Below are positions 41,571 through 55,449 of a stretch of DNA of 64,000 bases, in pieces; positions within the stretch are counted from its first letter, which is position 1; every line of letters starts with the position of its first letter. This DNA comes from Epiperipatus broadwayi (Eukaryota; Animalia; Onychophora). The notes under the pieces were generated by a model. That model had not been told where the DNA came from. It was given only the letters and a program-made list of their open reading frames with translations, and did not search any database. The translations under genes were made by a program, and so were the position numbers. Where the stretch lies: contig JAQFVV010000004.1 of NCBI GenBank assembly GCA_028023455.1, positions 5,394,001-5,458,000 of the forward strand, read 5' to 3'.

Positions 41571-44500
41571 TTCTGTGTTCAAATACCCTATATTTATTTA
41601 AAAGTAAATAAAAATCACCCCTCTCCCTCTCTCTCCCTTCCCCATTTCTCTCCCTTACCCTCTCTCATTTTCTCGCTCGCTGGTTATGCATATATGCACA
41701 TAAAAGAATTTTTAAGATATATGTAATTGTAAAAGTTGTTTTCAATATGTTTGTAGTTAAAAAGATTAAGAATAAAGTTTAATAAAGAAATTATTTTTGT
41801 TTTGATATTGTAACTGTCTGAGGGAAATCATCTAAGAGCAATTTGCATGTGTTTCCCATATTCAAATGTCACAAAATAACAATTTCTTTTTTTTACAACA
41901 TGCTAAAATCATCTAGATATATGAGACTCTCATCTTATTTGATTTAAATTATTGATTGCAAAAGAATGGCAAATTGCTAAAAAATAATGAGACATTACAA
42001 TTTATTTATGTATATACTAAATTTCAACACATACACTAGCATAACTGGCTTGTCAACTTACAAGACAAGTGCATACAATTATTTATTTATGAATTCTATT
42101 TTTTATTTTATTTATTAGTTTTATTAATTTTATGCACAGATAAGATTGTATACTCTGGCATAATATATTCTTATGTGATTCTGAAAAGGTACCAGCCCAC
42201 TGCATAGACTCCTAATCTCTATTAATTATTATCACAGTTTTAAGATTTAACGAGCTGGTTAATTGATATTGATAATACTAAAGATAAAGATAGATCATTT
42301 TAAAAAGTAGTTAAATAACAGATTGCTATAATTAACTTCAGGCATTAATACAGGTAAATAATTAAAATAATACAGGCAATAGCATCTGTATTAAAAATCA
42401 TTAATCTATGGAATACTAACAAATATGTGTACCAGGTATACACAAACAGTAAGAATAAACTTCTATCATGTACTATTGCTCAAAATAAATGTACAATGCA
42501 TAAGAGTAACTGGCAGACACATATGTATCACATCAAGACATGTATGAAGACAAGGCAAATAATATACAGTAGGAATTTTCATCTACTGCATACTATTGCA
42601 CTAAATAAAATAATGAATGTAAGAGGCCAGCGATCGCAAATGATATTACATCCATCTAAGATAAATAAGGTAAACAAATATATTAGATCCCAAGACAAAT
42701 ACAGCCTAAATATAGTCTACATTATCCTTTCTCGAACCTGTAGTGATGGTTTGCTTTAAATAGAACTATTTGTATACAATCAATGACAAACTCAACCCTT
42801 CGTTCACTTCTCGTGAATTATTTTGTTTTTTGCCCATTTCTCCCCTGGTGAATTTTTTTGTAAGTATTATACGTTAAAATGTGTATATTACCGTATATTT
42901 TATATAAAATTTTTGCTAAAAAAAATTACACTAGACGGCAGGAAATTCAAAAATCCTGCTCTTACAATAGACATAAGCCCCACCCTGACATGTTCAGCCA
43001 TTGTCTGTTGCCAAGGCTGTAAAACATTCAGCGTTTTATGACATTGTTTAAAGAAAATAGTTCCAATGACCAAAAACATGTTTATTTGCGAATTTATTAC
43101 AGTTTTAGATATTTTTTTACAATAATTTACACTGTATTTATTAGATGTCAAGAAATATAAATTATTAATAACTTATTTTGACTCGAAATACTTTGTTTTC
43201 AAAAAGTACATTGTGTTAGCAATGAATGTAAATATGGCCTGAAGCAATTTACAAGATTAGCTTCTATGTAAGCAATCTACTTATACTTACAAGTATGAAA
43301 ATATCACAATTTTGCAATAAATATTCAAAATTTTAAGCTTTTAAAGCATAATTCATTCGGTATAAGAGAAATAAATAAAAATTTGTTAAAGTTTTTAAAA
43401 ATAATAAGACATAACAAATATTTTGTTGATTTTGTAAACTGAAAATAATCTTTCTAGAAACAATGATGTGCAAACTCTTTGTTTTGATTACAATCTCATT
43501 TTTTTTAATATTTACAGAAACAAAATGTGAACATTTAAAATTTATTTCAGTGGTAAACAAAAATGTCTACCAAAGGAAGTCAAATTTATTATTTTCTGAT
43601 AAGTAATAATCATTTAATCATATATTTTACATTGATTTGTGAGACAAATAAAAATGTCAGAAAATGCTGAAATGTGAGAGCCTTAGGCTGTATGCTTAAA
43701 AAGTTAATCTAGCCTGTCTACACAGCCAGATTAAACTCTATTCAGGATTTGTTAAATTACAGGTTTAAAATGTTTATACTTTGAATGAAGTGGAAATAAT
43801 GGGTTTAATTGAAGTTAATAAATTGTAAGCATGGCCAGAGATTACTATAATTATCTTGAATTGTTTTATATAAAATTATTGCTGTTTAAATTGTGGTGTG
43901 ATAAAGAGAATAACATACCAATCTTTTGCCATACCTGTTTATAAACAGATTTAACAATTAATTACTGACTAAAAATATTTTCATTAGAAAAGAAATAAAT
44001 AATAGAAATACTAGAGATTTATAATATTCTTTTAAAATTCATGCCTATTTATTTCAACAGTAAAAACTCTAGTATATTTCAGCAGACTTTATCTGTTGAA
44101 TCATAGCTATAGTGGCGGTAGATTTTGATCATCGTTCAAAATTCATATGGTATCTCCGGCAGTAATTTATTTTTTGCTTGATGGCTGATTTCTTCCTGAA
44201 GTCTACCTTTGAAGTTTATGTAAATACAGTGTAAATGTAATGGATATAGTTGACAACTTTCTTTTCTGGACTCAGTAATGGACTACAGCTTGCATTCTGC
44301 TTTTTGGTCAGAGTGAAGCAGATGGCAAATTCTTTACTCTTGCATGGCATTGGAACCCAAAATACACGAATAAACACAGTAGCAGGATAAAATAATCTAG
44401 ATTACTTAAAGCACACAGCAGAATAAAATCAGAACAAGAATCTCCATAATAAGAATACAATCCCTATTTATATCTTTTTGATCTGGCTCATCAACAAAAA

Positions 44501-47500
44501 TAGGATCCATCGGTAGTCATTTGAATCATTCGATCTATTGGTTGTAGATGTCTGACCTTCATTTTGGTATGCAGTTCTATTTGCCCAATCATATCATTTA
44601 CGAAGCTTTATCTTTGAAAGGGATTAATAACATAACAGCCTAAATTATGTCAGATATTTATCTCCTTACTCAATTAATCTGTTTACAAGCATTTTAATTA
44701 CTTTTTCCAAGAATTTCATTTCCACTTTCTAATTGTTAATTACATTTTATTTTAATATAATTTTAAAATAAATTTATCATTAATTATACTGTATACATTT
44801 ATCTGTGCACATAAATTATGTATATATAATCAAAATTGTTTAAAACATTTATTTTTAAAATTCCTTTGAATTTTTTAACATGAAGCGTATATAAATATCA
44901 CTTCAAAACGTCAGCTAAAGAACAACAACCTTTGTACTATAGTTTTAAACTTGTTTATTATTAATTAAGAAGGAAATTTATTTATTTTAATCTTGTCTGA
45001 TTAACATTCTCTCCATAGATTAATATCTTATATAAATACTGGACAGTTGACCATACTCAAAAAATAAGGTTAACTGCAGAGTAGTTGCTAATTATCTTTA
45101 CATATCCTTACTTGATAGATTTCATAGTATAGCAGACACTATTTGCTCTATCTGAAATTTAGAGATTATAGAAAACTGCATCTAAGTTGAGAAACCATCA
45201 ACATTATCATTATTTACTATAACATGTGATACAGAGAATCTTTATGTGAACCCAGATTAGTTGCATATACTAGCCAATGAAGGAAATGTAATCTTGAGAA
45301 ATCTAATTTGTTTAAAGTTATTTATATGCACAAATGGATGAAACTGTGATGAAAGAATGCATATTATTTATATGTATAGGAGCATAGTCTTTTGATAAAA
45401 TATTTTATTAGTGTGCATATATGATATACACGGTGTATGTGGACATACAATTCTCTTTAGAATTACTTAGAAGTCTTGGTCACATGAGGATAACTATTTA
45501 TTTGTGGTGTCAATGGCTCTGAGTATTGAAGATGTTCAACATTGATACAATGATCCCAATACTTTGAATGTATGCTTAGATTTATGGTTATATAGCACTT
45601 AAGTGTATGCATATAGTAAGGAATATTAATATTTGCTTTCTTATTATATAATTTGCTTAGGCTCTGTAATGATTAGTCTAAGATTTTATATTATATTTAT
45701 ATCCAGCATAAAACATGGTTATTAATAATGTTTTCCATTATTATTTTGGTCTCTCTTCTTTTTGATTTATTATAAATGATTTATTCTTTGTGCTAGCAGA
45801 TGATATCATTATTACTTATATTTAGTATATAATTGCATTTTTAAGGCAGTTAAGGATAGTATCAATGTGGGATTGGCTGATCATCAGCTGTCTCTATTAC
45901 GTAAAATATTTATATTATTGTGCTAATTTCATTTATTCCATTATGTGTAATTTGTATTAGAATAAATTAGAATCAATAATTTCTGCAGCTGCACTTCTTC
46001 AGTATGTTAATCCTGTTAATATTTTTATAAATATGTAAGGATGCAAATCTTTATTTTAAAAATGTAATAGCTTTTTTTTGTTTGTTTCTCTTTCTTTGTT
46101 TTACAAATACTGTGCATACATATTTTAGCTTCAAGTTAATAATATTTCTTTTATAAATTATTATAAACATGTTATGAAGTACTATTATAAATATTTTTTT
46201 AAAAAAAATATGTTATATTTTTATGGCTCTTGAATGAACCCTAACTCTATGTTATATAAGATAAATCAGATTGCAACAATGAGACACTTTATCCACCTGT
46301 TCTAATTGTAAGTCTTAAATCTGATTTGCTCTAAATTGTGCATTATGTAACAGTCTGAATATTTATAACCAAATTTTACAGTTTATGCTTTAAATCTTTA
46401 TAGATATCAGCAGATATGTTAGTTAAAACACAGTGCAGTATAATGATGTTTTTGATTATCTAAATTCAAAATATTTATTTTCTCAAATTAAAAATAAGAT
46501 ATTGTAAAATATAATTGTGAATCTCCTTTTCCTTTTGAAATCACTTAAATATTTTTATAAAATGTATGCACCTTATTCTTACTTACAAGTTTCTGCTTAA
46601 TTTATTTCATAACATTGTTTCTAACAATTTTGTCCTAGTAAATTTCTAAAACAATTATAATCCTATGTCTCTATATAAAATATAATTCTATTGCATTATT
46701 TTTTACACAAACATAATGTAAAACATTTTATTTTTATAACTCTTCAAAAGATTACATTGAAAGATTATCATTTTTTTAGACATGTAATTAATGTTACACT
46801 AAATGAGCATTTCAAATTGGAATTGTACTCATCGTCATCATCCAAACACATGTTTCCTTCAACTTCTCATATATTTTGGTTTTTCGAGCATCTGAATATT
46901 AGTCTTAAAAATATTTTATTAAAGATAATCAAAACATATATTGCACTCTATGCTATAGTTTTGCTTTAAACATTAGTTTATGATTTTATATTTAATGGCA
47001 AAAACTGTAATATACTTAGAAGAAATAATAGGTTGTAGTTTATGCTTTATAAAAATTAAACAAATGCCTGATGTCAAAAATTTTGAAAGAATATGATAAT
47101 ATACCATTTTTACAAATTGTTTCTATAGGGAATTATGTCTACTGTCTAATAATTCCCAAGTATTTCTTTGTATGTTGTAATAATTATAGTTGTAATTTTT
47201 CATACTAGTTAAAGAGAATGCTCTATTTGAGTTGTTGTGAGCTAATCTTATTATTAAACGTTTGACATTTATATTACTAATAACTGGAACCATGAAAATA
47301 TTCCTTTCTTATACGAATTGATCTCATGCTCTAAAATAAGCCAATACGTGATCAGTTATTATCTTCTACATAAATTAACAGATTTCTGCTTTTAGTTTTT
47401 TAAATGTTGATAAAAATCTTTACGAGTTATAAATGAAAACATTGGGGGGGGGGGTATTATCATGAATTAAAAAATACAATAAAAAGTGATTCTTAGTTGT

Positions 47501-50500
47501 AATATTTTTAGTAACATCAAAAAAAAAAGATATTAAAAGCATGAAAAGAATTTATTTCAATTAAGATTTTTCCAAAAAAAAAAAAGTATTCTAATTCTTT
47601 TATAGATTAAAATTATCACTTTCTTAATTGTTTGAAAGTTAATAGTGTTTTTGAAAATTGTTTGCGTTTTATTTTTAATTGAGAAGTTTAGAGCTTTTAC
47701 TGAGATAATAATAAAAAAAAAAGTTTTATTTTTAACAATTTTACTCAAATGATTAGATTACTAGACTTATCTATCTTTCTAGACCATAACTTCCTTTTAT
47801 GAAATTATTTTTGCACTTTTAAACTACATAATTCCTATAATTGTGATTAATGGATTAAATGAAAGTTAAGAGAATTTCTTTTTGGAAACATGTTCCACTT
47901 AACTAAAGACCATTTCCAAAACAAACTGATGAAAAAATCTATCCACACCGTCATGAAATTTTTTGCACATATATATATAATGTTTAAAACAATTCATGTA
48001 TCACCGTAATTTTTATTTTTTAAATGTTTTATTAAAACTAATTGATCAAAACAAAAGCTGTAATTAAAATTTATTTGTATTTTTTATTATAAGAAAAAGT
48101 GATTAAAATGAATCACACACACACCCCTCACTACCTCCATTACATAAATAAATTTCGGAAAATTTTTATATAGTTTGATCAGTCATCAAAACCCCAAAAG
48201 CTGAGAAAACATTTTGAGAACTTATCTTAATTATAGGTTTTTATATTCAGTTGAAATATAAAAACACACACACACACACATTTGCTAAAATAATTTATAT
48301 TAAAGGTAAAGGGTTGGCAAGCAAGGATTAATTATTACCAATGTTAATCAAACTATCATTTGGTTGTATATATTCCATTAATAATTTGATAGAAAACTTA
48401 ACTCCCCCTAAAATTATTTTTTCTATCCATATGTAGATACAACAATAAATGATAGATTAATATTAAAGAATGTCAACTACATCCCTTGATAACTGTTACC
48501 AATTGGTTATACTATTTTAATACCCGAGTACAAAAAAAACTTGACCTTGATAAAAAAAACTAAATGTTTATATTACAGTTCTATTATTAAATAATTTCAG
48601 CATTATATATTATCTTTTAGTGTTTTATTTTTTGATTCATGGCATTTTTAATTCTTATATTAGATTTGCCTGTGTTACTAATGAATATATACATCTGTAA
48701 AACCTTTTTATTGAGGATAATTCACTGTGGATAAACTAAATGCATAGGAACATTGATTTAATTTTCAGAATGATTCTAGCATTAAGTATAATCAAACTTC
48801 AACATCATTATTTATTGAAACAAGAAATTGTATTGAGAAGCTCACATTTTATTTAAATAAAACTATGAATACTTTTTTAATATTTTTTTAAAAAGAAGGG
48901 AAATAAATACATAATTTAAAAATGTAAAGTACTTTGTCAAATTTTAATATCGAAGAAAAACGGTTTTAGAATCACTAGTATTAAAGTAAAAGAAAATACA
49001 TGAGACAAAATACTAAGACAACTTTTTACTTGGACTGATATAAGCAGTTATTTTGAACTTTAATATCTTAAGCAACTAGCCTGGGAAAAAATAATAATAA
49101 CTATTGGAATATATACTCCAGTTCGTAAGCTGTATTAAGTCAAAATAATACTCAGAAAAAATTGTAATGTACCAATAAAAAACTATGAGATCAAAAACTA
49201 TAGTACCATTTTTATTTGTCCTATATGAAGATTTTGGTAAACAACATTTTCAGAATTCTATTGTCCCAGAAAGTAGATGTAAGGTTATTATAATACATTG
49301 GCTTTGTTTTTGTTTTTTAAGAATTTTTTAAAGATAAAAATAGAAAGTTGAGACCAGTTTTAAGTTTTTACCAATACACTTTAGTATACAATAAGAATGT
49401 AATGTAAACATTATAGTTAATAGAAATATTCATTTTCAGTCAGAAAATATTGCAAGAATAATTTCTTAACAGGATAAATTGTTTTGGGATTTGGTTTTTT
49501 TTTTAGTATTTGTCTGCCTTGATTAGCTAATCACACTATTTTCTAATTCTAAAATATTAAACAGAGATTGAACTCTAGTATGATGGAATTGATTTACTTG
49601 TTGCATCATTTTTTTTATTGATGGATTTTTCAATAGTCAGTAAAGAATTTTATATGTAATGAGGAGATTCATAATGCTTAAATTTCAATGCATCTTTTTT
49701 GAAATTTATAAAGATTTTGATCAGCATTTCATCTATCTCTTCAAATCTATTATTTTAGATTTACTTTATTATTTAAGTTTATTTGAATTAGCATTTAAGA
49801 AGTAGCCTCTGATGATAAAGAGGTGAAAGAAACAAACAAACTAGAATAGATGTGACAGTCTCAGTTTACAACTTAATTCTGTTAAAAGAATTTAAACTTC
49901 AAATGAGTCATCATATTAAGATATATTGCTGACATGGCATAAATGGTTGACTATGCTTGACTTTTTTTTTTTATCAAAGTTTAGTAATTACATCAAATGT
50001 CTCTTTTAATGAAAAAAAAAATTTTTTTGTATTCATAGAGCTCTCATTTTATGGAATACTTATTGCTATTTTAAAAGGATAAAATGGATACAAATCAGTC
50101 ACTTTCTATTGTGACTGATCTGTATATTTAACTTGAAAGATAATATATATATATATGAAAGACATCAATTATATCAGGTAGCAGAATTTAGTAAAATGAT
50201 AATATTCACAGTGATATTATATTAACATTTTAATATAAATTATTCATCTGCTTGAAATGAACTCACTCAAAATTTATCTCAGAAACATTGATTGTAAAGA
50301 GTAGAAGAGAACTTAATGAGTTAGAATGTCTACAATTTTTTTTTTCTGTTAGAATTCTTAATTATGGATATATTTTATAACTACTATTACCTATTTTGTT
50401 TTTGTTTTTTTATGTGCTCTTTGTTTTGCTACTATTTTATCATAGGTTTAAGTTTGGAAAAAAGCTATGACTCTATGAGGAATTCTCTCTTGTTATGTCA

Positions 50501-51049
50501 CAAATAAACTTAATTTCAAAAGCATTATATATGTTTATATACTATATACTTTTATTAATAGTTATGTAATTCAGTCTTTTAGTTAATATAAAAAGTGAGC
50601 TAAAAATAAACTTAACATGCTATTTGCAAACAATTGGTATTGCTCCCCCCCCCCAAGTAATTTCTTCTCAGATATGCAAAAATATACATCTGTTCAGAAA
50701 AAAACCTTAGCATAATGTAATTTTTTTAATCTTTAAATCTGATCCAAAATGTCTGAAGTAATTATCACTATAGTTATAATATATGCCGAATAATCTAATC
50801 TAACCATTGTGTAAACTATTTTAAAAAGTCAAAGTAACTTACTTAGATAAAAAAAAAAAAAAACAACTAAAAGTTATTATGGTATTTTGTAAAGAGTTGT
50901 GAGCCCATCTTAAGAGATACAAGATTGAATTACAATAAAATAATATATATATATGAAAATATTCCAGAGCATATTGCTAGCTGAAAATTAAATAGAAAAT
51001 ATTTAAATCACCTTCCCAAACATTATAATATATCAGGAAATATCATAAT

Positions 51050-52500
51050 GTTTGTTTATATATATATATTCAGAAGTTAAATGATTATGGCTGAGAATTT
51101 TTGCAAATAATTGAATATAATTTTTAAAGCAACAAGAAGTAATAAGATTAACAATTAAATATTACATGAGAATGGTATAGTGAAAATAAACTATCAACAT
51201 GGGCAAGGAAATCTCTATAACCATAAAGACATACTTTTCATTAACTGAAATTTAAAAGTGTATATTTGGGATAAATATAACCTCTAGTTTAATGAATAAT
51301 AATCATTAATATGTTTGCATAAATTGGTTGGTATTCAAGTTGTGAGTGCAGAAAGTTTGACATTTATAAATATAACTGTAGTAATTTGCCATCTGCATAT
51401 ACTGAACAAATGATGACATATGTAAGAAATTATGATTTGAGTCAATTGATAAGTTCTGGTTCAGCATTGAATGCCCATCTTGGAGATCATATCTTTTCAC
51501 ATGTTTTTGATCATAACTTTCAGGTATGAGTGATAGAAGTTTAAAATATATCTAAATATATATATATGAAGTTAAATTATGACATGTGTTATGTATTTTT
51601 TACTTAAAAAATGATGTGATTGTTTCAAAATGTATCCTTAGGTCTGCTTATGAGCTAAAGTGAAACAAGCATCAATAAAAAATTAAAAAAAAGTTGAAAA
51701 TATATCAGAAGATAAATGATTGATCATACTAAAAGTGAATTTTTGTAAATAATTGAATTGTGATTTTCAAAGCAACAAGTAGAAATAAGATTAACCATTA
51801 ATGTTGTTCAATATTATGTGAGAGTGATGTAGTGAAAGTTATTGAACTGTCAACATGGACAAGGAAACTCAGGTATGTGATATCTCTATAACAATAAAGG
51901 TATTATTCATTAACTGAAATTTAAAATATATATTTGGGCTAGGAATAATTTCTTGTTTAATAAAAATAATAATCATTAATATATTTAAATAAAATGATGT
52001 GTATCAAAGTTATGTGTGCAGAAAGTTTGACACTTATAAATCAAACTGAAGTAATTTGTTATCAATAAATACTGAGCACGTGCTGAAGATATGTGAGCCA
52101 ACTGATGAGTGCTAGTCAACATGAAATGGGATCTTGAGGATCATTTGTCTTTTTAACATGTCTTTGATCATATGTTTCAGGAGAGGATGATGGAATAAAA
52201 TATATGAAGTTAAATTTAAATATATATATATATGAAGTATAAATCATAATGTGTTATGTATATTTTAGTCATTTGAAAAGTGAAGTTGGTGTTTCGTAAT
52301 GCATCTACAGTAAGAGAGGTTGATCTGATTTCTGTGCTCATGGATGTTTGTGATATGATAAAACTAAGGTGAAAGATTCATTAATAAAACATTTAAAAAT
52401 CAAAAATATATCAGATAAATGATTGATCATAAGTAAGACTGAATATTTGCAAATAACTGAATTATGATTTTCAAAACAAGAAGAAATAAAATCATGGATA
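51050..52500 (+). mobile_element. Family B long-monomer variant, ~2.3 tandem units of ~650 nt
   Basis: Shared blocks (gcaacaag.agtaataagattaac; cattaactgaaatttaaaa; gtgcagaaagtttgaca) recur ~650 nt apart. Degenerate HHRs at ~51441-51485 and ~52097-52138. Confidence 0.8.
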
Positions 52501-53768
52501 AATAATATGGAGGAAGGAGGTATTGTTAGTATATTTATTATTTCCCATCCTCACAAATAGAAGCCAAATCATTGATGATGAACTCTATGAAAGAAATTTT
52601 TCTAAATTGAGGGATTTTGTTTTTCATGAAAGTTTAATTTTTATATATGAAAGTGAATACTTTAAAAGATGTTAAGTTTATAGATTTTAATTTACTCTAT
52701 TATTAAATAAACTATCTATATATATATTAAGTTATTAGTGGGATTTTTTTTTCCAATAAACAATTTTTATTAACAAAATTTATTTAATATCATGTGTATA
52801 CATTTTTTGAAAAAAATCTAAAAATGAAGTTTGTCTTTAATCTTTATTAAAATGTACGTTATCAAATCATATTCGATTAACATGCTTTTTGAAAAAAAAA
52901 AATGAGAGAAAAAAGAATAGAGTAGTTGGGAGTAAAGGAATCTATGTAGGTTTTGATGTTCAACAGTTATTTGATTTTCCAGGCATCTAACTGCATATAA
53001 ATAAATAATAAATCAGAATTATAATCTTGATCAAATATAATCAGGGTAAGGGATAAGTTTTTTAAAAATTATTCTGCCAAATGTTAAGTTTTCTACTTAA
53101 AGTAGTGGTGAAAGAATTAAAGCAATATAATATGTTATAGATTTTATTAAATTGTGATGGAGTTAAGAAGATAACTTATCATTACCCAGTGGGAAAAAGT
53201 GTCCAATTTATAAGTTTGACTAATAAAATCATAAATATTTTAATTTAGCAAATAAACTATTCCAAGATTATGACTAATAAAATAATAACCGTGATTTATA
53301 AATAGAATAAGCTTTAGATCAATTTAATGATTTGATATTTAGTTCAAATGCAACATAAAATACCGAATTTTAAGTCTTCTCACTGTTTAAACATTTTGTC
53401 AACATTAAAAGTAACTTATTATCACCTCTTCAATGCTATTTTTAAATACTTTTATATTAATTTGCCCTGTTTTCAATTAACAATGAAAAAAAATCTGTTC
53501 CCATTTAGAACTCCAACTCACACTCTTGCCCTTCCCAAGAAAACTCGTTAGCAACTGAGCCACCTGAATATAATATTGATTTATTTAATGAAATATAATA
53601 GTCATTCACATGACATTTAAATTTAGAATTTATTTGTCAGAGGGCTTCTTTTTTATTTTTATGTCTTATTATTAAATTATAATTTTTATCAGATTTTTTT
53701 TTTTTAGTTTTAACCATTTTTTAAAATAATGTATAATTGAAATGTAAAAAAATGAGTTGTAAAAAAAA

Positions 53769-54150
53769 TTTTTTTTTAAATAATGTTTTTATGTAAATAG
53801 CCAACCAAAATATACAAAATAACAAAGTAATCCCCTCTCAGTTAATTTGCCATTCTTGGAAAATATCAGAGATATTAAGAATCTAGACTTGTTATAAAAC
53901 AGTTGGAAATTTCAGGAATATTGGCATTTCATAGAAAGCATTTGAGGCTCAAATAAATCATAAAAATAAAAAAGGCCTCAAGTGCTTTTATGAAATGACA
54001 ATATTCGTGCAATTTCCAATTGTTTTATAACAAATCTAAATTCTTAATATCTCTGATATTTTCCAAGAATTGCAAATAACTGAAAGGAGATTACTTTATT
54101 TTGTATTTTTTAATTGGCTATTTACATAAAAACATTATTTAAAAAAAAAA
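53769..54150. mobile_element. Foldback/MITE-like palindrome (~380 bp, ~26-nt spacer)
   Basis: Arms of ~180 bp, e.g. cttggaaaatatcagagatattaagaat / attcttaatatctctgatattttccaag and aaataatgtttttatgtaaatagcca / tggctatttacataaaaacattattt. Spacer 53949-53974. Confidence 0.85.
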
Positions 54151-55449
54151 AATTCTGTTCAGCATATTTTTATAATCCTTTATTGCTGCCAAAATTGATG
54201 CATTTTTAATTCTGATATGAGTAGAAATTTTCCAGAATGAGTAATAATCTCCAAATTGCAGGAAGAAAAGATTGGGGGATGAGAATTCTCTCTGTTCAAC
54301 TTAGACACGAGTTTTTTTAGTTCATATTGAAAATTAAACCAAGATTATTTCTTGTGTTCTTCTATTTCTCCCTTAGTCATTCGATTTATATCTGCTTCTC
54401 TAGGTTGGCATGAGTATTTGTTTTCAATTTTGATCTGAAAATAATATTATTTTCAGAACAAATAGTTATGATGAAATTTTGCCAGCAAGCTTAAGATTAC
54501 AAATAGTCATATTCTGAACTTTTCTGCATTACTTAGTTGGAAAATACAATTTTCATATGCTTGTAACAATTAAACTTCATTAAGCAGTGATCATTATTTA
54601 TTCCCATGCTATTTATACAGAAGCTATTCTTTTTACAAACTGGTGCTTTTATAAAGAATCATCAAGAATCCCATAATTCCATTTTTTAACGTACAACTTC
54701 AATTTGATGATAGATATAAAGATAAATATAGTACTTTCATTATTTTCATATAAATTCTAGATCCATGACATCATGGTGTACTTATGGAACATATAAACTT
54801 TTTACTGGCATGTAAACTATTTACAGATCATCTAAGCTTTAAAATAAATCATTCTTTTTTTTTTTATTATTGTTAGAACTTGTAAGGTGAAATAAATAAA
54901 TATAATATATTTGAATTCAATTTACAACTGAATTCTGATTAGAAACAATAAATTACAAAATTTGGAAAAAATAATTTGTACGTATATATATATGGGAATG
55001 ATACATAAGGTGAATAAATGGTATATTCTATAAACCTGGCAAATGATTCAAATAAAACTATGAAATAAATTCAGTAAAATATTTTTTAACTCTTTGAAGT
55101 AAATCTTGTCAAATCATAAAGTAAAAATAGTAAAATATTTATCGCCACAATCTTTTTTGGTCTAAACATAGCTAATGCCATTCATTTTTTAAAGTAATCA
55201 AAATTGCAAATAAAGTAATAAAATGCATGATCAACACCATCAAACATAGTTTAAGTACCAACATAGTTGGTAAGTAATACATGTGTAATTTTTAGGCAGA
55301 AATAACTCTTGCCAAAAATAAAACGTTTTCTTTTTTGCTTGAGGTTTTGCTGTAAAAGTGAAATATAAAGATAATATAATTTAACCTATAATAAATGTTT
55401 TATTTAATTTTACTTCTAAATAAATTTGTTACCATTTTATTAATATGTC

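Noticed and set aside
54600-54680. HAIYTE resembling Sufu exon 1 (GLHAIYGEC)
   Set aside because: The frame continues AILFTNW with no LYPDQPNP; coincidence.
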